From contig JAOAFE010000002.1 in assembly GCA_026416455.1 (NCBI GenBank), positions 109,942 to 173,941 of the forward strand: a DNA stretch of 64,000 nucleotides. Reading direction: 5' to 3'. A program made the position numbers and the translations under genes. Numbering within the stretch: position 1 is the stretch's first letter; each line of letters begins with the position of its first letter. The notes under the pieces are model-generated. The model worked only from the letters and a program-made list of their open reading frames with translations. It searched no databases and was not told the origin of the DNA. Positions 49,911 to 59,580 of the stretch are shown here, one piece after another. Origin of the DNA: Syntrophales bacterium (GTDB lineage: Bacteria > Desulfobacterota > Syntrophia > Syntrophales > UBA8958).

Positions 49911-51011
49911 ATGAAGATATTTACCCTTCGCTCTTCGTACGATTATGAACGGCTGAGGACAGACGTATATACCCTTGTATCAAAGGTCATTCCCGATAGT
50001 ATCTTGACCGGGAAAAGGGTGTTGGTAAAGCCAAACCTGCTCCTTCCCGCCACACCTGAGCAGGCCGTCTGTACCCATCCCCTCGTTGTAAGGGCGACGG
50101 TGGAATACGTGCTTGAAGCGGGTGGGCGTCCTATAGTCGCCGATAGCCCGGCTTTGGGGACCTTCGCCCGCGTAATGAAGGTGTCGGGACTGGAGGAGGC
50201 CCTTTGCGACCTACCTGTCTTATGTCTTCCGTTCCGGAACTCAATAGCCGTTGATTGCGGCCCTCCTTTCGGTGACGTTGAGTTGGCCCAAGAGGCGGTC
50301 GAGTCGGAAGTCATAATCAACCTACCTAAGTTAAAAACTCATTCTCAAATGCTCCTTACCTTAGGGGTGAAGAACCTGTTCGGATGTTGTGTGGGGCACC
50401 GAAAAGTAGAGTGGCATCTTCGAGCGGGAGTTAATCGCCAGCTATTTGCCGATCTTTTGTTGTCCATAGCTAAGAGGCTTTCTCCCGCCGTAACCCTGCT
50501 AGATGGTATTCTGTCCTTGGAAGGGGAGGGTCCCGGAAAGAGGGGGCATCCTCGCCCGTTGGGAACGCTGATTGCGTCTGATCACCTACTGGGAGTGGAC
50601 ATCGCCGTAAGTCGTATGCTGGGATTGAGAATCGAAGAAGTGCCCGTTCTGGCAGCGGCTGATCGACAGGGGTTACTTCCCGATCCGAAGGAAATACCCG
50701 CCTTCGATATGTCAATAAAAGATTTTCAGCTCCCGACCTTAGAACCCCTACTGGCCACAGTGGGCCCCTTTGATGGGGTGTTGAGGAAATATTTCGTTGC
50801 CCGCCCGGTGCCGGATAAAGTGCGGTGTCTCCTGTGTGGGGAATGTGCAAAGATGTGTCCTGTCCAGGCGATAAAGATGGGAAAGGGGCTTGACATCGCT
50901 TACGACCGGTGCATTCGCTGTTACTGCTGTATCGAGGTATGTCCTTATGGGGCAATGGCAAAAGAAGAAGGCCTTTTTGCGAGGTTAATTAGGCATGTTT
51001 TTAAAAGGTGA
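49911..51011 (+). CDS. DUF362 protein with C-terminal 2x[4Fe-4S] ferredoxin domain
   Basis: VLVKPNLL, THP, NLPKLKTH, TLGVKNLFG, EGEGP; CLLCGECAKMCP, CIRCYCCIEVCP. Confidence 0.88.
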   Translation: MKIFTLRSSYDYERLRTDVYTLVSKVIPDSILTGKRVLVKPNLLLPATPEQAVCTHPLVVRATVEYVLEAGGRPIVADSPALGTFARVMKVSGLEEALCDLPVLCLPFRNSIAVDCGPPFGDVELAQEAVESEVIINLPKLKTHSQMLLTLGVKNLFGCCVGHRKVEWHLRAGVNRQLFADLLLSIAKRLSPAVTLLDGILSLEGEGPGKRGHPRPLGTLIASDHLLGVDIAVSRMLGLRIEEVPVLAAADRQGLLPDPKEIPAFDMSIKDFQLPTLEPLLATVGPFDGVLRKYFVARPVPDKVRCLLCGECAKMCPVQAIKMGKGLDIAYDRCIRCYCCIEVCPYGAMAKEEGLFARLIRHVFKR

Positions 51012-51772
51012 AGGTCATGAATGATTTCTCGGTGCTTTCTAATTTGATTAAAACCCTCCGATCACCGGAGGGATGTCCCTGGGATCGGACACAGAAAAAG
51101 GCTGATCTGGGAAAGTATCTCATAAACGAGGCCTATGAGGTATTAGATGCCATCGAGTCAGGGGACAAGATCGCCTTCCGGGAGGAATTGGGGGATTTGC
51201 TGTTTCAGATCGTTTTTCTGGCCGTCTTGGCCGAAGAGGAGGGGGAGTTTACGTTGGAGGAAGTGGTATCTCATGTGAAAGAAAAAATGGTACGTCGCCA
51301 TCCGCACGTGTTTGGGGAAAGGGCGGTGGATGGGGTAGAGGAGGTAAAGAAGAATTGGGAACTAATGAAGATGGAGGAAGGAAAATCGCTGCTTAACGGG
51401 ACACCGCGGTCCCTGCCCGCCCTGAGACGGGCTCAGGAAATCACCAAAAGGGCAGCTCGGGTGGGCTTTGATTGGCCACAGATAGAAGGGTTGTGGAAAA
51501 AGATGGACGAGGAACTCGATGAACTGAAACAGGCTTTGGCAGCGCAAGACAAAGATAAAGTCGAGTTGGAGGTGGGCGATCTTCTTTTCACCTGCGTTAA
51601 CCTGGCCCGGTTTCTCCAAGTAGAAGCGGAAGAGGCTTTACGAAATACAACCGATCGTTTTGTTGAGCGCTTTTCTTACATTGAAGATAGGTTGAAGGCC
51701 AAAGGGAAAAAGCTGGAAGAGGCGACGTTAGAAGAAATGGACGCCCTGTGGGAGGAGGCAAAAGGCAAGTGA
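51008..51772 (+). CDS. mazG: Nucleoside triphosphate pyrophosphohydrolase
   Basis: LRSPEGCPWD, EELGDLL, RRHPHVF, GFDW, EVGDLLF. Confidence 0.95.
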   Translation: MKVMNDFSVLSNLIKTLRSPEGCPWDRTQKKADLGKYLINEAYEVLDAIESGDKIAFREELGDLLFQIVFLAVLAEEEGEFTLEEVVSHVKEKMVRRHPHVFGERAVDGVEEVKKNWELMKMEEGKSLLNGTPRSLPALRRAQEITKRAARVGFDWPQIEGLWKKMDEELDELKQALAAQDKDKVELEVGDLLFTCVNLARFLQVEAEEALRNTTDRFVERFSYIEDRLKAKGKKLEEATLEEMDALWEEAKGK

Positions 51773-53073
51773 TTTTTAGGGACGGGGAACCAGATATCCG
51801 TGTGGGTCTTGTTGAAGGAGAAAAGGAGATCGAAGGCTTCCTGGAGGGTCCATACGAGTTAGACGGTATTCTCGTAACCAATGTCCCCTTTAGAGTGGTG
51901 GTAGAGGGAGGAAGACTTGTCTTGACCGTAAAAGGAGAAGTTAAGGGTAAGAGCAAGCAATGGACCTGTACGCCTAAAAGCGATGTCTCGACTCTTTCCC
52001 TATCGGGTGTCACCATCGGACGCAAGTTTCACTGGGAAAGAACAGAAAAACAGCTTTTCCGCGGGACCGTAAGTTTTTTCTGGGACGAAGGGGCGCTAAT
52101 TGCCGTCAACCGGTTGCCCTTGGAACAGTATTTGGAGATCGTCGTTTCTTCTGAAATGAGTGACCGGGCGCCGGAGGAATTCTTGAAGGCCCACGCCGTG
52201 ATCGCACGATCATGGGCGGGACGCATTCTCTCGGCAGAAGCGGATGGATCCTCGATGGAGATGGTTCCAAGGGAAGGAGAATTCATCCGGTGGTATGATT
52301 GGACGGGACACGGCAACTTCGATGTCTGTGGGGATGATCATTGTCAACGTTATCAAGGAATCGGACGTATGAAAACGGGGAAGGCAGCTCAGGCGGTCAG
52401 AGATACGAGAGGCCTCTTTCTCATTTTTGCGGGAAAGATCTGCGATGCGCGATATCATAAGGCCTGTGGAGGGAGAACGGAACTTTTTTCAAGCGCCTGG
52501 GATGCCCGAGAGGTGCCGTATATCAAGTCTGTCTCCTGTGGAGAGAGGGATTTTTCGGCCATTGGTAATGAAAGGGAGGCAGAAGATTGGATCCGGTCAC
52601 ATCCACCCGCCTTTTGCGGCGTCAAGGAAAAAGGCATATTGGAAAGCATCCTCAATGAATATGACCGGGAGACGGAGGATTTTTTCCGCTGGGAAGTGAC
52701 GTACAGCAGAGAAGAGCTCACGGCTATGGTAAAGGAAAAGTCGGGGATAGATTTCGGTCGCATCGAAGCCCTGCTCCCCTTAGCTCGGGGACCATCGGGT
52801 AGGATTTATCGCTTGGAGATTAGAGGAAGTAGACGCAATGTTATTGTGGGGAAGGAGTTGGAAATCAGACGCTGGCTTTCTCCTACGCATCTTTTGAGCA
52901 GTGCCTTTATTGTGAAGGTAGCAGGTGATACCTTTCGGATAAAAGGGGCGGGTTGGGGACATGGGGTAGGTCTCTGTCAGATTGGAGCGGCAGTTATGGC
53001 TTCACTGGATTGGGATTTTACGCGAATTCTCTCTCACTATTTCCCCTCTACTTCTCTTTACCGCCTTTACTAA
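51769..53073 (+). CDS. SpoIID/LytB-domain lytic transglycosylase-like protein
   Basis: LEQYL...SEM (catalytic Glu), LKAHAVIARS, H-x4-VC-x3-HCQRYQG, GWGHGVGLCQIGA, ILSHYF; GTG start overlaps the mazG stop. Confidence 0.9.
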   Translation: MIFRDGEPDIRVGLVEGEKEIEGFLEGPYELDGILVTNVPFRVVVEGGRLVLTVKGEVKGKSKQWTCTPKSDVSTLSLSGVTIGRKFHWERTEKQLFRGTVSFFWDEGALIAVNRLPLEQYLEIVVSSEMSDRAPEEFLKAHAVIARSWAGRILSAEADGSSMEMVPREGEFIRWYDWTGHGNFDVCGDDHCQRYQGIGRMKTGKAAQAVRDTRGLFLIFAGKICDARYHKACGGRTELFSSAWDAREVPYIKSVSCGERDFSAIGNEREAEDWIRSHPPAFCGVKEKGILESILNEYDRETEDFFRWEVTYSREELTAMVKEKSGIDFGRIEALLPLARGPSGRIYRLEIRGSRRNVIVGKELEIRRWLSPTHLLSSAFIVKVAGDTFRIKGAGWGHGVGLCQIGAAVMASLDWDFTRILSHYFPSTSLYRLY

Positions 53074-53495
53074 AGATGGGGAGGAGGTTCGTTCCATTGA
53101 AGCCAGTAGAGGCCTAGTATTTTCATCGCTTCAGTAAACTCGATGAAATTAACTGGCTTACAGACATAGCCGTTGGCTCCGCGACGATAAGCTTCTTTTC
53201 GATCCCTATCTTCCCGCGATGAAGAAAGGACAACGACGACAAGCATCTGTGTTCGCTCTTGAGACCTTATTTTTTCAAGGAGCTCAAAACCGTCAATCCG
53301 AGGTAGTTTCAGGTCAAGGAGAACAAGAACGGGGAGTCTATTTTCTGGGTTAAATAGGTAATCCATGGCTTCGACTCCATCTTGGGCTACGACAAAATCA
53401 TAAGACCATCCGTTTTTTCGAAAGGCACGAATCGTCAAATCTACATCATCAGGATTGTCTTCCACGAGTAATATAGGATTTCCTTTTCTCGTCAC
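53070..53495 (-). CDS. Single-domain response regulator (Rcp1-like)
   Basis: LLVEDNPDD, LLDLKLPRIDG, GANGYVCKP, LGLYWL. Confidence 0.93.
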   Translation of the reverse strand: MTRKGNPILLVEDNPDDVDLTIRAFRKNGWSYDFVVAQDGVEAMDYLFNPENRLPVLVLLDLKLPRIDGFELLEKIRSQERTQMLVVVVLSSSREDRDRKEAYRRGANGYVCKPVNFIEFTEAMKILGLYWLQWNEPPPHL

Positions 53496-55645
53496 TTGCC
53501 CGTCTCCTCGCCGTGAGGTAAATAAAAATAGAAGGTGGCTCCTGCATGGGGCATACCTTCTCCTCTAATCCAACCGCCGTGGCGTTTAATGATCCGGTCG
53601 ACAATGGTCAGCCCAATACCTGTTCCTGGATATTCAGATAGGCCGTGTAGTCTTTGGAAGGGGTGAAAAAGTTTCTCCGCATACCTCATATCGAATCCCG
53701 TTCCGTTGTCCCTGATGAAGTAGACCGATCCATTTTCGCCATTTTCAACTCCGAACTCGATTTTAGCCTCTTCTTTTCGGATTGACGTAAACTTCCAGGC
53801 ATTGTCGAGTAGATTTCTCAAGGCAATAAAGATGAGTTTTCTGTCTGCCCAGGCAAACATATTATCATAACAGGTGAAGTTTATGTGACGAGATGGATCC
53901 TCTGACCTCAATTCGTCCATAATATCTCGGGCCATGGCCCCTAGATCCACCTGCTCTTTTTTTATCTCCTGGCGGCTTAAGCGCGATAGTTTAAGGAGTT
54001 CGTCGATGAGATAGGACATTCTGTCCGAGGCTTGCAGGATACGGGAAAGCATCCCCTTTGCTTCGTCACTCAATTCATGGCCGAAATCTTCCTCTAGGGC
54101 CCGGGCAAATCCGGAAATAGCTCTCAGCGGTGCTCTTAAGTCATGAGAAACGGAATAGCTAAAAGCTTCCAGTTCGTTCGTTCTTTCCGCTACCCGTCTT
54201 TCTAATTCTTCATTTAATCGCCTGATGGCTTCTTCTGCTTCCCATTGGGCACTTATGTCCCTCGTGACACCTACTATTTCCTTGGGCTTTCCTTCTTTGT
54301 CTAGGATGATCGTGGCTGAGGTTTCCACCGGTAACATCTTTCCCCCTTTTCCTACGAGTACATGTCTTGTCGTGCGCACTCGGTCCTCTGCTTTCCCTCC
54401 GACAAAAGATTCTATCCGTTCGTGGAGGGCCCGCCGCAGGGAGGGATAATCCTGAGGCATAAGCAGGTCCTTCAACGTTAAATTTTCTGCCTCTGCTGGA
54501 GTATACCCCGATAAATTGTAGGCGGAGGGGCTGAGATAGAAAAAACGTTCCGATTCGATGTCCATCACCCAGACAACGTCTGCTGTGTTTTCGGCAATGA
54601 GTCGGTAGTGCTCTTCTTTTTCACGCAAATTCGTTTCCAGGGCGTGTTCTCTTTCGTAGTGGGTCCTCATCCGTCTTGACCACACGAGCGATAGGCCGAA
54701 AGCACAGGCGAAGATTATGGCCAACACAGTTACGCCGATAAAAATGGCCAGTTGATTGATGGGACGGTAAATTTCTTCAATATCGATCTTGGCTAGGATC
54801 AGCCAGTTGGTCTCTGGCACCTCTTTGATGCAGGCGAGAACCGGTTTCCCTCGGTAATCCTTGCCCTGGACAAAACCCCGTGCTCCCAGGGCTGCCATGG
54901 CGGCCGGCAATTCCTTCTCTGTCAGTTTTCTTCTTAATTTTAAGGCCGCCCCTTGGACGAATCGAAGTTCGTTGAGAAAAACGACCTCTTCTCCTTCCCT
55001 CCTTACCATGAGGGTTTCTGCCGAATCACTAGGCATGGGCCAGGATTGAATGGTGGGAAACAAAAAGGTAGCCGGATCGATACGCATCATGATGGCACCC
55101 ACTATCTCTTCTCTGCCTTCTTCTCTAAGGGTCAAAGGAGCGGCAATATCGATGTGGATTCTTCTTTCGTCCGGAAATTCGTGCAGGTCGGACATGGCGA
55201 CCTCTCTCTTTTCAAGGGACGTAAGAACTAAGTGGCGGGCATATGGACCGATACTATCTCCCCGATAGCCCAAGTACCACCGAGATTTCAGCCCGAGGTC
55301 TAAGAGTTGAATGGAGATGTACTGTTCACAGCGGTAAAGGCTCGAGATCGTGTCTAAAACTATGTTCTGGGCCCTTTTATCTCCGGAAAAGAATTTTTTC
55401 ACCTCCAGGGCAAAGGCAGAGTTTTGGGATAGGATTTCTGCGTCTTTCAGCCGTTCCCGACGCCATGAGACGATTTGTTTCACTTTTTCGTCCGCCACGG
55501 CGGCTAGCATCTTATGCTGATGTAATTTGATACTCTCTTTCTGTTTTTGGTAGACATACGTACCCACTGAGATTATACCGGCTGCCAGGGCAACAAAGGT
55601 TATGGCCACCGGTAAAACGGATAGTTTATCTTTCTTGTTCTTCAT
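53492..55645 (-). CDS. Membrane sensor histidine kinase (Cache-like, PAS, HisKA)
   Basis: Two TM flanking a periplasmic domain (DYRGKPV), PAS, FSYSVSHDLRAPLR, NAWKFT, DNGTGF, GTGIGL. Confidence 0.93.
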   Translation of the reverse strand: MKNKKDKLSVLPVAITFVALAAGIISVGTYVYQKQKESIKLHQHKMLAAVADEKVKQIVSWRRERLKDAEILSQNSAFALEVKKFFSGDKRAQNIVLDTISSLYRCEQYISIQLLDLGLKSRWYLGYRGDSIGPYARHLVLTSLEKREVAMSDLHEFPDERRIHIDIAAPLTLREEGREEIVGAIMMRIDPATFLFPTIQSWPMPSDSAETLMVRREGEEVVFLNELRFVQGAALKLRRKLTEKELPAAMAALGARGFVQGKDYRGKPVLACIKEVPETNWLILAKIDIEEIYRPINQLAIFIGVTVLAIIFACAFGLSLVWSRRMRTHYEREHALETNLREKEEHYRLIAENTADVVWVMDIESERFFYLSPSAYNLSGYTPAEAENLTLKDLLMPQDYPSLRRALHERIESFVGGKAEDRVRTTRHVLVGKGGKMLPVETSATIILDKEGKPKEIVGVTRDISAQWEAEEAIRRLNEELERRVAERTNELEAFSYSVSHDLRAPLRAISGFARALEEDFGHELSDEAKGMLSRILQASDRMSYLIDELLKLSRLSRQEIKKEQVDLGAMARDIMDELRSEDPSRHINFTCYDNMFAWADRKLIFIALRNLLDNAWKFTSIRKEEAKIEFGVENGENGSVYFIRDNGTGFDMRYAEKLFHPFQRLHGLSEYPGTGIGLTIVDRIIKRHGGWIRGEGMPHAGATFYFYLPHGEETGK

Positions 55646-55735
55646 TGTCCCCCGTGAAAAAATCATTTATCACACCTTTTATTGCGGTCAAGGGTATTGT
55701 GAGAGCGGATTTTTTGTGCCATACAGGCACCTTGT

Positions 55736-56446
55736 ATGGTGACAGATATAACGTCGATAACCACGGCTTTTATTTTGGGGGCAGGGAGAGGAGAGAGGCT
55801 GCGACCCATGACGGAGGAATATCCCAAGCCCCTTTTATTGGTGAGGGGGAGACCGGTGATTACGTATGTCATGGATCATTTGCTCTCCGTCGGGGTAAAA
55901 AAGTTTATCGTCAATACCCATCATCGGGCGGAGAGGTACGCCGAAGTGTTCCCGGAAGGAAATTGGCGGGGGGTGCCGATCGACTTTCGATACGAACCCG
56001 TGCTTTTGAATACGGGAGGAGGATTGAAGAATATCGAAGATCTGATTCAGGGAGAGGAGCACCTTTGGGTATACAACGGTGATATCATCTCTGATTTGCC
56101 TTTATCGCGGCTGGCCGAGGTTCATCTGGAGGGACAGAATGAAGTCACTTTGGCCTTAAGAACCAAAGGGAAAAACCTCAACGTGGGTGTCGATAGGGAT
56201 GGCAGACCGTGTGATTTTCGCTTTGTGTTGGGGCGTAAATGTCATAGTTATCGTCAATTTGCGGGTATTTATTTGGTGCGGACGGAATTTCTCTCCCGCT
56301 TGCCCGCGGGGGTGCCCATAGATATCGTAACTGTTTTTATCGACCTGGTGAAAGAAAAACCGGATGCCATAGGAGGTGTAATCATAGACGAAGGCACCTG
56401 GGATGATGTAGGGGATGTGGCCACCTATCGGCAACTCAATGAGTGA
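55736..56446 (+). CDS. murU: Sugar-1-phosphate nucleotidyltransferase, MurU-like
   Basis: FILGAGRGERLRPMT...PKPL, VNTHH, LNTGGG, NGD, WDDVG; adjacent to an AmgK-like kinase. Confidence 0.72.
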   Translation: MVTDITSITTAFILGAGRGERLRPMTEEYPKPLLLVRGRPVITYVMDHLLSVGVKKFIVNTHHRAERYAEVFPEGNWRGVPIDFRYEPVLLNTGGGLKNIEDLIQGEEHLWVYNGDIISDLPLSRLAEVHLEGQNEVTLALRTKGKNLNVGVDRDGRPCDFRFVLGRKCHSYRQFAGIYLVRTEFLSRLPAGVPIDIVTVFIDLVKEKPDAIGGVIIDEGTWDDVGDVATYRQLNE

Positions 56447-56452
56447 ATTCAT

Positions 56453-57454
56453 ATGGAGAGGCTAAAAATAGCTTTGACTTGGGCCAAAGAACAACTGGGG
56501 ATGGGACGTGAGGAAGAAGTCAAGATGCAAGACCTCTTTAGGGGGGGATCGGGTAGGAGATATGTGCGCCTGATATGGGATAAAGGTTCGTGTATTCTCA
56601 TGCTTTATGATACGGAGCGGAAAGAAAACGAATTCTTTGTCCCCCTGGCACGGTTTCTGGCTCGCCTGGGGGTGTCGGTACCTCACATTTTAGCGTGGGA
56701 AGGAGAAAAAAATTTTGTGCTCCTCGAGGATTTGGGAGACGATACCCTGTGGTCTCTGAGAGAACAAAGGGGCGAGAAGCTTTGGGAATTATATGGCAAA
56801 ACTATAGAGGTCATTACGGTCCTACATACCTATCCTTTAGATGCGTTTCGGTCGCAGGGCCTATCCTCCATGCCGGGATTCGATAAGACCCTCTATCAGT
56901 GGGAAAGGGACTATTTTCGTGAAAATTTCGTCTATCGATTGGCCGGCTTAGATCTCTCGGAAACAGAGGAGAAGGAACTGGAGACAGAGCTATCAATGCT
57001 CGCGGAAAGGCTACTATCTTTCCCTTCTTGCCTCATTCATCGTGATCTCCAGTCGCAGAATATAATGGTTTACAAAGAAAAACCGTATTTGATCGATTTC
57101 CAAGGTTTGAGGGAGGGAAACCCTCTTTACGACATAGCCTCTTTGGCGTACGATCCTTATATGCCCCTGTCGGATGAAGAGAGGATAAGGGTGGCAAACT
57201 ACTATTATGAAATCAGGCCGTTCGAGCTTAATAGGGAAGAATTCTTTCTCAAACTCTGGGAAGCTGCGGCCCAAAGATTGATGCAGGCTCTGGGAGCTTA
57301 TGCCTATCTTGGTGTGGTTAAGGGATTAGACAGTTTCCTTGCTTACGTCGGTCCAGGACTTAAGAATCTCCTTTGGGTTACTGAGAGAGTGCCTTCTCTT
57401 TCCCATCTTTACCGTCTTGCCCGTCGGCTGGAAGGGACTGTATTTAAATCGTAG
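56453..57454 (+). CDS. amgK: APH-family phosphotransferase, AmgK-like anomeric MurNAc/GlcNAc kinase
   Basis: GGSGRRYVR, LLEDLGD, LIHRDLQSQNIM, LIDFQG, YDIASL-x-DPY, QRLMQALGAY. Confidence 0.75.
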   Translation: MERLKIALTWAKEQLGMGREEEVKMQDLFRGGSGRRYVRLIWDKGSCILMLYDTERKENEFFVPLARFLARLGVSVPHILAWEGEKNFVLLEDLGDDTLWSLREQRGEKLWELYGKTIEVITVLHTYPLDAFRSQGLSSMPGFDKTLYQWERDYFRENFVYRLAGLDLSETEEKELETELSMLAERLLSFPSCLIHRDLQSQNIMVYKEKPYLIDFQGLREGNPLYDIASLAYDPYMPLSDEERIRVANYYYEIRPFELNREEFFLKLWEAAAQRLMQALGAYAYLGVVKGLDSFLAYVGPGLKNLLWVTERVPSLSHLYRLARRLEGTVFKS

Positions 57455-57478
57455 GGTAGAAAAACAGGGAGAAAACAA

Positions 57479-58144
57479 ATGGAGAAAAGCAAGATTGCTT
57501 GTATCATTACGACGATAGCCGTGATTTGCTGGATTTTGTCCTGTGCTCCTGGACGGGAGATGTATCACGTAAAGTTAAAGTATGAACCAATGAGCGTGAA
57601 ACCCCTATTTGAGGCAGGAGAGAGAAAACACGTGACCGTTGCCTTCTTTCGGGATGCGAGGACCATCGACGACCCCGTCAAGATGGGGTGGGTCAGCCAT
57701 CCAAAGGGGAGACGGTGGGTGATGCCGGAGGAAAAATATCCTGATGTGGCCGTGACGGAGGCCGTAAGAGAATACCTAAAAAGCTGCGGGGTGAGTGTGG
57801 AAGCCCAACATCCCCGCTGGGATCTGACGGAGGAATCAATCGAGGCAAATTGGGGACATATTATCTTAGGCGGTGCCATCGAAGAACTAGAAGTACTCTG
57901 TGATGATACGGATCGCTTCAATCCGGTAAAGAAATATCAAGCTAGAGTGAAGCTTAAGGTCGTTCTGGCCGATGGAAAGAGAAAGAAAATAGTTTACAGA
58001 ACGGAAGCCGAGGCCCGTATGTCCCTCCAAGACATTTCCTGTTCGCCGGAAAAGATGGAAAAACTGCTGAATGCCGCCCTTTACGAGGTTTTGGAGAGGA
58101 TTTTTGCCGGAAAAGAAATGGTGCAATTGCTCAAGGCCCTATGA
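57479..58144 (+). CDS. Uncharacterised lipoprotein (YajG-like fold possible)
   Basis: Lipobox ILSC after a hydrophobic stretch; V-x-x-F-x-D-x-R motif (VAFFRDAR). Confidence 0.7.
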   Translation: MEKSKIACIITTIAVICWILSCAPGREMYHVKLKYEPMSVKPLFEAGERKHVTVAFFRDARTIDDPVKMGWVSHPKGRRWVMPEEKYPDVAVTEAVREYLKSCGVSVEAQHPRWDLTEESIEANWGHIILGGAIEELEVLCDDTDRFNPVKKYQARVKLKVVLADGKRKKIVYRTEAEARMSLQDISCSPEKMEKLLNAALYEVLERIFAGKEMVQLLKAL

Positions 58145-59580
58145 AGGTCTTTGTCGTTTTAGTGGGCATATCGAATAGAGAAGAGATCTCCTCTTTCCTT
58201 CCCCTCTTCGGGCACCCTCAAGTGTCCGGTGGAGTTGTCATAACTCCATTGGCTGTTGATTTCGGCGGAACTATAGCTGGCCTCGTAACGGATAAGGTAG
58301 AAAGCAGCGACACAATTGCCCAATTGGCAGACCAGGCAAAGGGAGATTACATCCTGTGGGTGGATGCGAAAAAGAGCTTACACGTTTTCCCAGAAGCCCT
58401 GGAGCGCAGTCTTTCGGTCGCCCAAGATTGTGGGGCAAGTATCGTCTATGCAGATTATGAGGAACGTGCTCTAACGGACTACGAGCTGGGAAGCGTAAGG
58501 GATAATTTCGATTTAGGCCCTTTTCTTTTTTTGCATCGAGAACGGTTGAAAGACATTTTGGCTAGGGAGAGGCGTGGCTATCGTTTGGCTGGACTTTACG
58601 ACGCCCGCCTTAAATTGTCGCGCCTGGGACCAATCGTCCACCTGCGAGAGCCTCTCGGGCAAGAAAGGTCGGCAAAGGATTATGATAAGGAAAAGTTTTC
58701 TTACCTGGAGGCGACCAATGAAGCTTATCAACGGGAACTGGAGCATGCTTTCACCGAGCATTTAAAAGCCATCGGGGCGTATTTAGCCCCCGAGTATGAG
58801 CCCTTGCCTTACGACCATGATCTCTATCCCGTAGAGGCAAGCATTATAATTCCCGTAAAAAACCGTGCTTCCACCATAGGAGATGCGCTAAGGAGTGCCC
58901 TTAGTCAGAAGGCGAGCTTTCCCTTCAATATCATAGTTGTGGACAATCATTCGACCGATGGAACCAGTCAGATCCTCGATGAGCAAGCCCACAAAAATAG
59001 TAATCTTATAGTCCTAAGGCCGGAAAGGACGGATCTCAATATTGGCGGCTGCTGGAACTTAGCTGTCCGCTCACCACATTGTGGGAGATGGGCTGTACAG
59101 CTTGATTCGGATGACCTTTACGCTCACGAGGGGGTGCTTTCGATGATCGTTCATATGCTCTCCGGCGGGGATTATGCCATGGTTATTGGTTCATATACCT
59201 TAGTGGATATGAAAGGCCGGATCCTGCCTCCTGGCATAATTACCCATCGGGAATGGACGGAAGAAAATGGGCGGAATAACGCTTTGCGGGTGGAGGGTTT
59301 TGGTGCTCCCCGCGCCTTCCGCACGCAGATATTAAGAAATATGCCCTTTCCCAACGTAAGTTACGGGGAAGATTATGCCGTAGCGTTGAGGATTTCTCGT
59401 TTTTACCGGATAGGTCGGATCTTCGAAAGCATTTACTTTTGTCGGCGATGGGAAGGAAATTCCGATGCCCGTCTTACTCCGGAGAGGGTAAATGAATTCA
59501 ACGCCTACAAAGATCGAATTCGTACGATAGAGATCATGGCCCGCCAGCGCCTGAACGAGAGGAGACGTGAAAGGAATTAA
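58141..59580 (+). CDS. Family 2 glycosyltransferase with an extra N-terminal GT-like domain
   Basis: [32 protein letters not shown]; N-terminal IVYADY...[10 protein letters not shown]. Confidence 0.9.
   Translation: MKVFVVLVGISNREEISSFLPLFGHPQVSGGVVITPLAVDFGGTIAGLVTDKVESSDTIAQLADQAKGDYILWVDAKKSLHVFPEALERSLSVAQDCGASIVYADYEERALTDYELGSVRDNFDLGPFLFLHRERLKDILARERRGYRLAGLYDARLKLSRLGPIVHLREPLGQERSAKDYDKEKFSYLEATNEAYQRELEHAFTEHLKAIGAYLAPEYEPLPYDHDLYPVEASIIIPVKNRASTIGDALRSALSQKASFPFNIIVVDNHSTDGTSQILDEQAHKNSNLIVLRPERTDLNIGGCWNLAVRSPHCGRWAVQLDSDDLYAHEGVLSMIVHMLSGGDYAMVIGSYTLVDMKGRILPPGIITHREWTEENGRNNALRVEGFGAPRAFRTQILRNMPFPNVSYGEDYAVALRISRFYRIGRIFESIYFCRRWEGNSDARLTPERVNEFNAYKDRIRTIEIMARQRLNERRRERN

Noticed and set aside
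51008-51772. MazG as an anti-phage or toxin-antitoxin component
   Set aside because: Standard tandem-domain housekeeping MazG with no mazEF or defence neighbours; the sirtuin is likewise a CobB type, not a defence SIR2
55704-55722. Minus-strand TGGCAC as a sigma54 promoter for the kinase
   Set aside because: The GC dinucleotide is 12 nt, not 10 nt, from the GG
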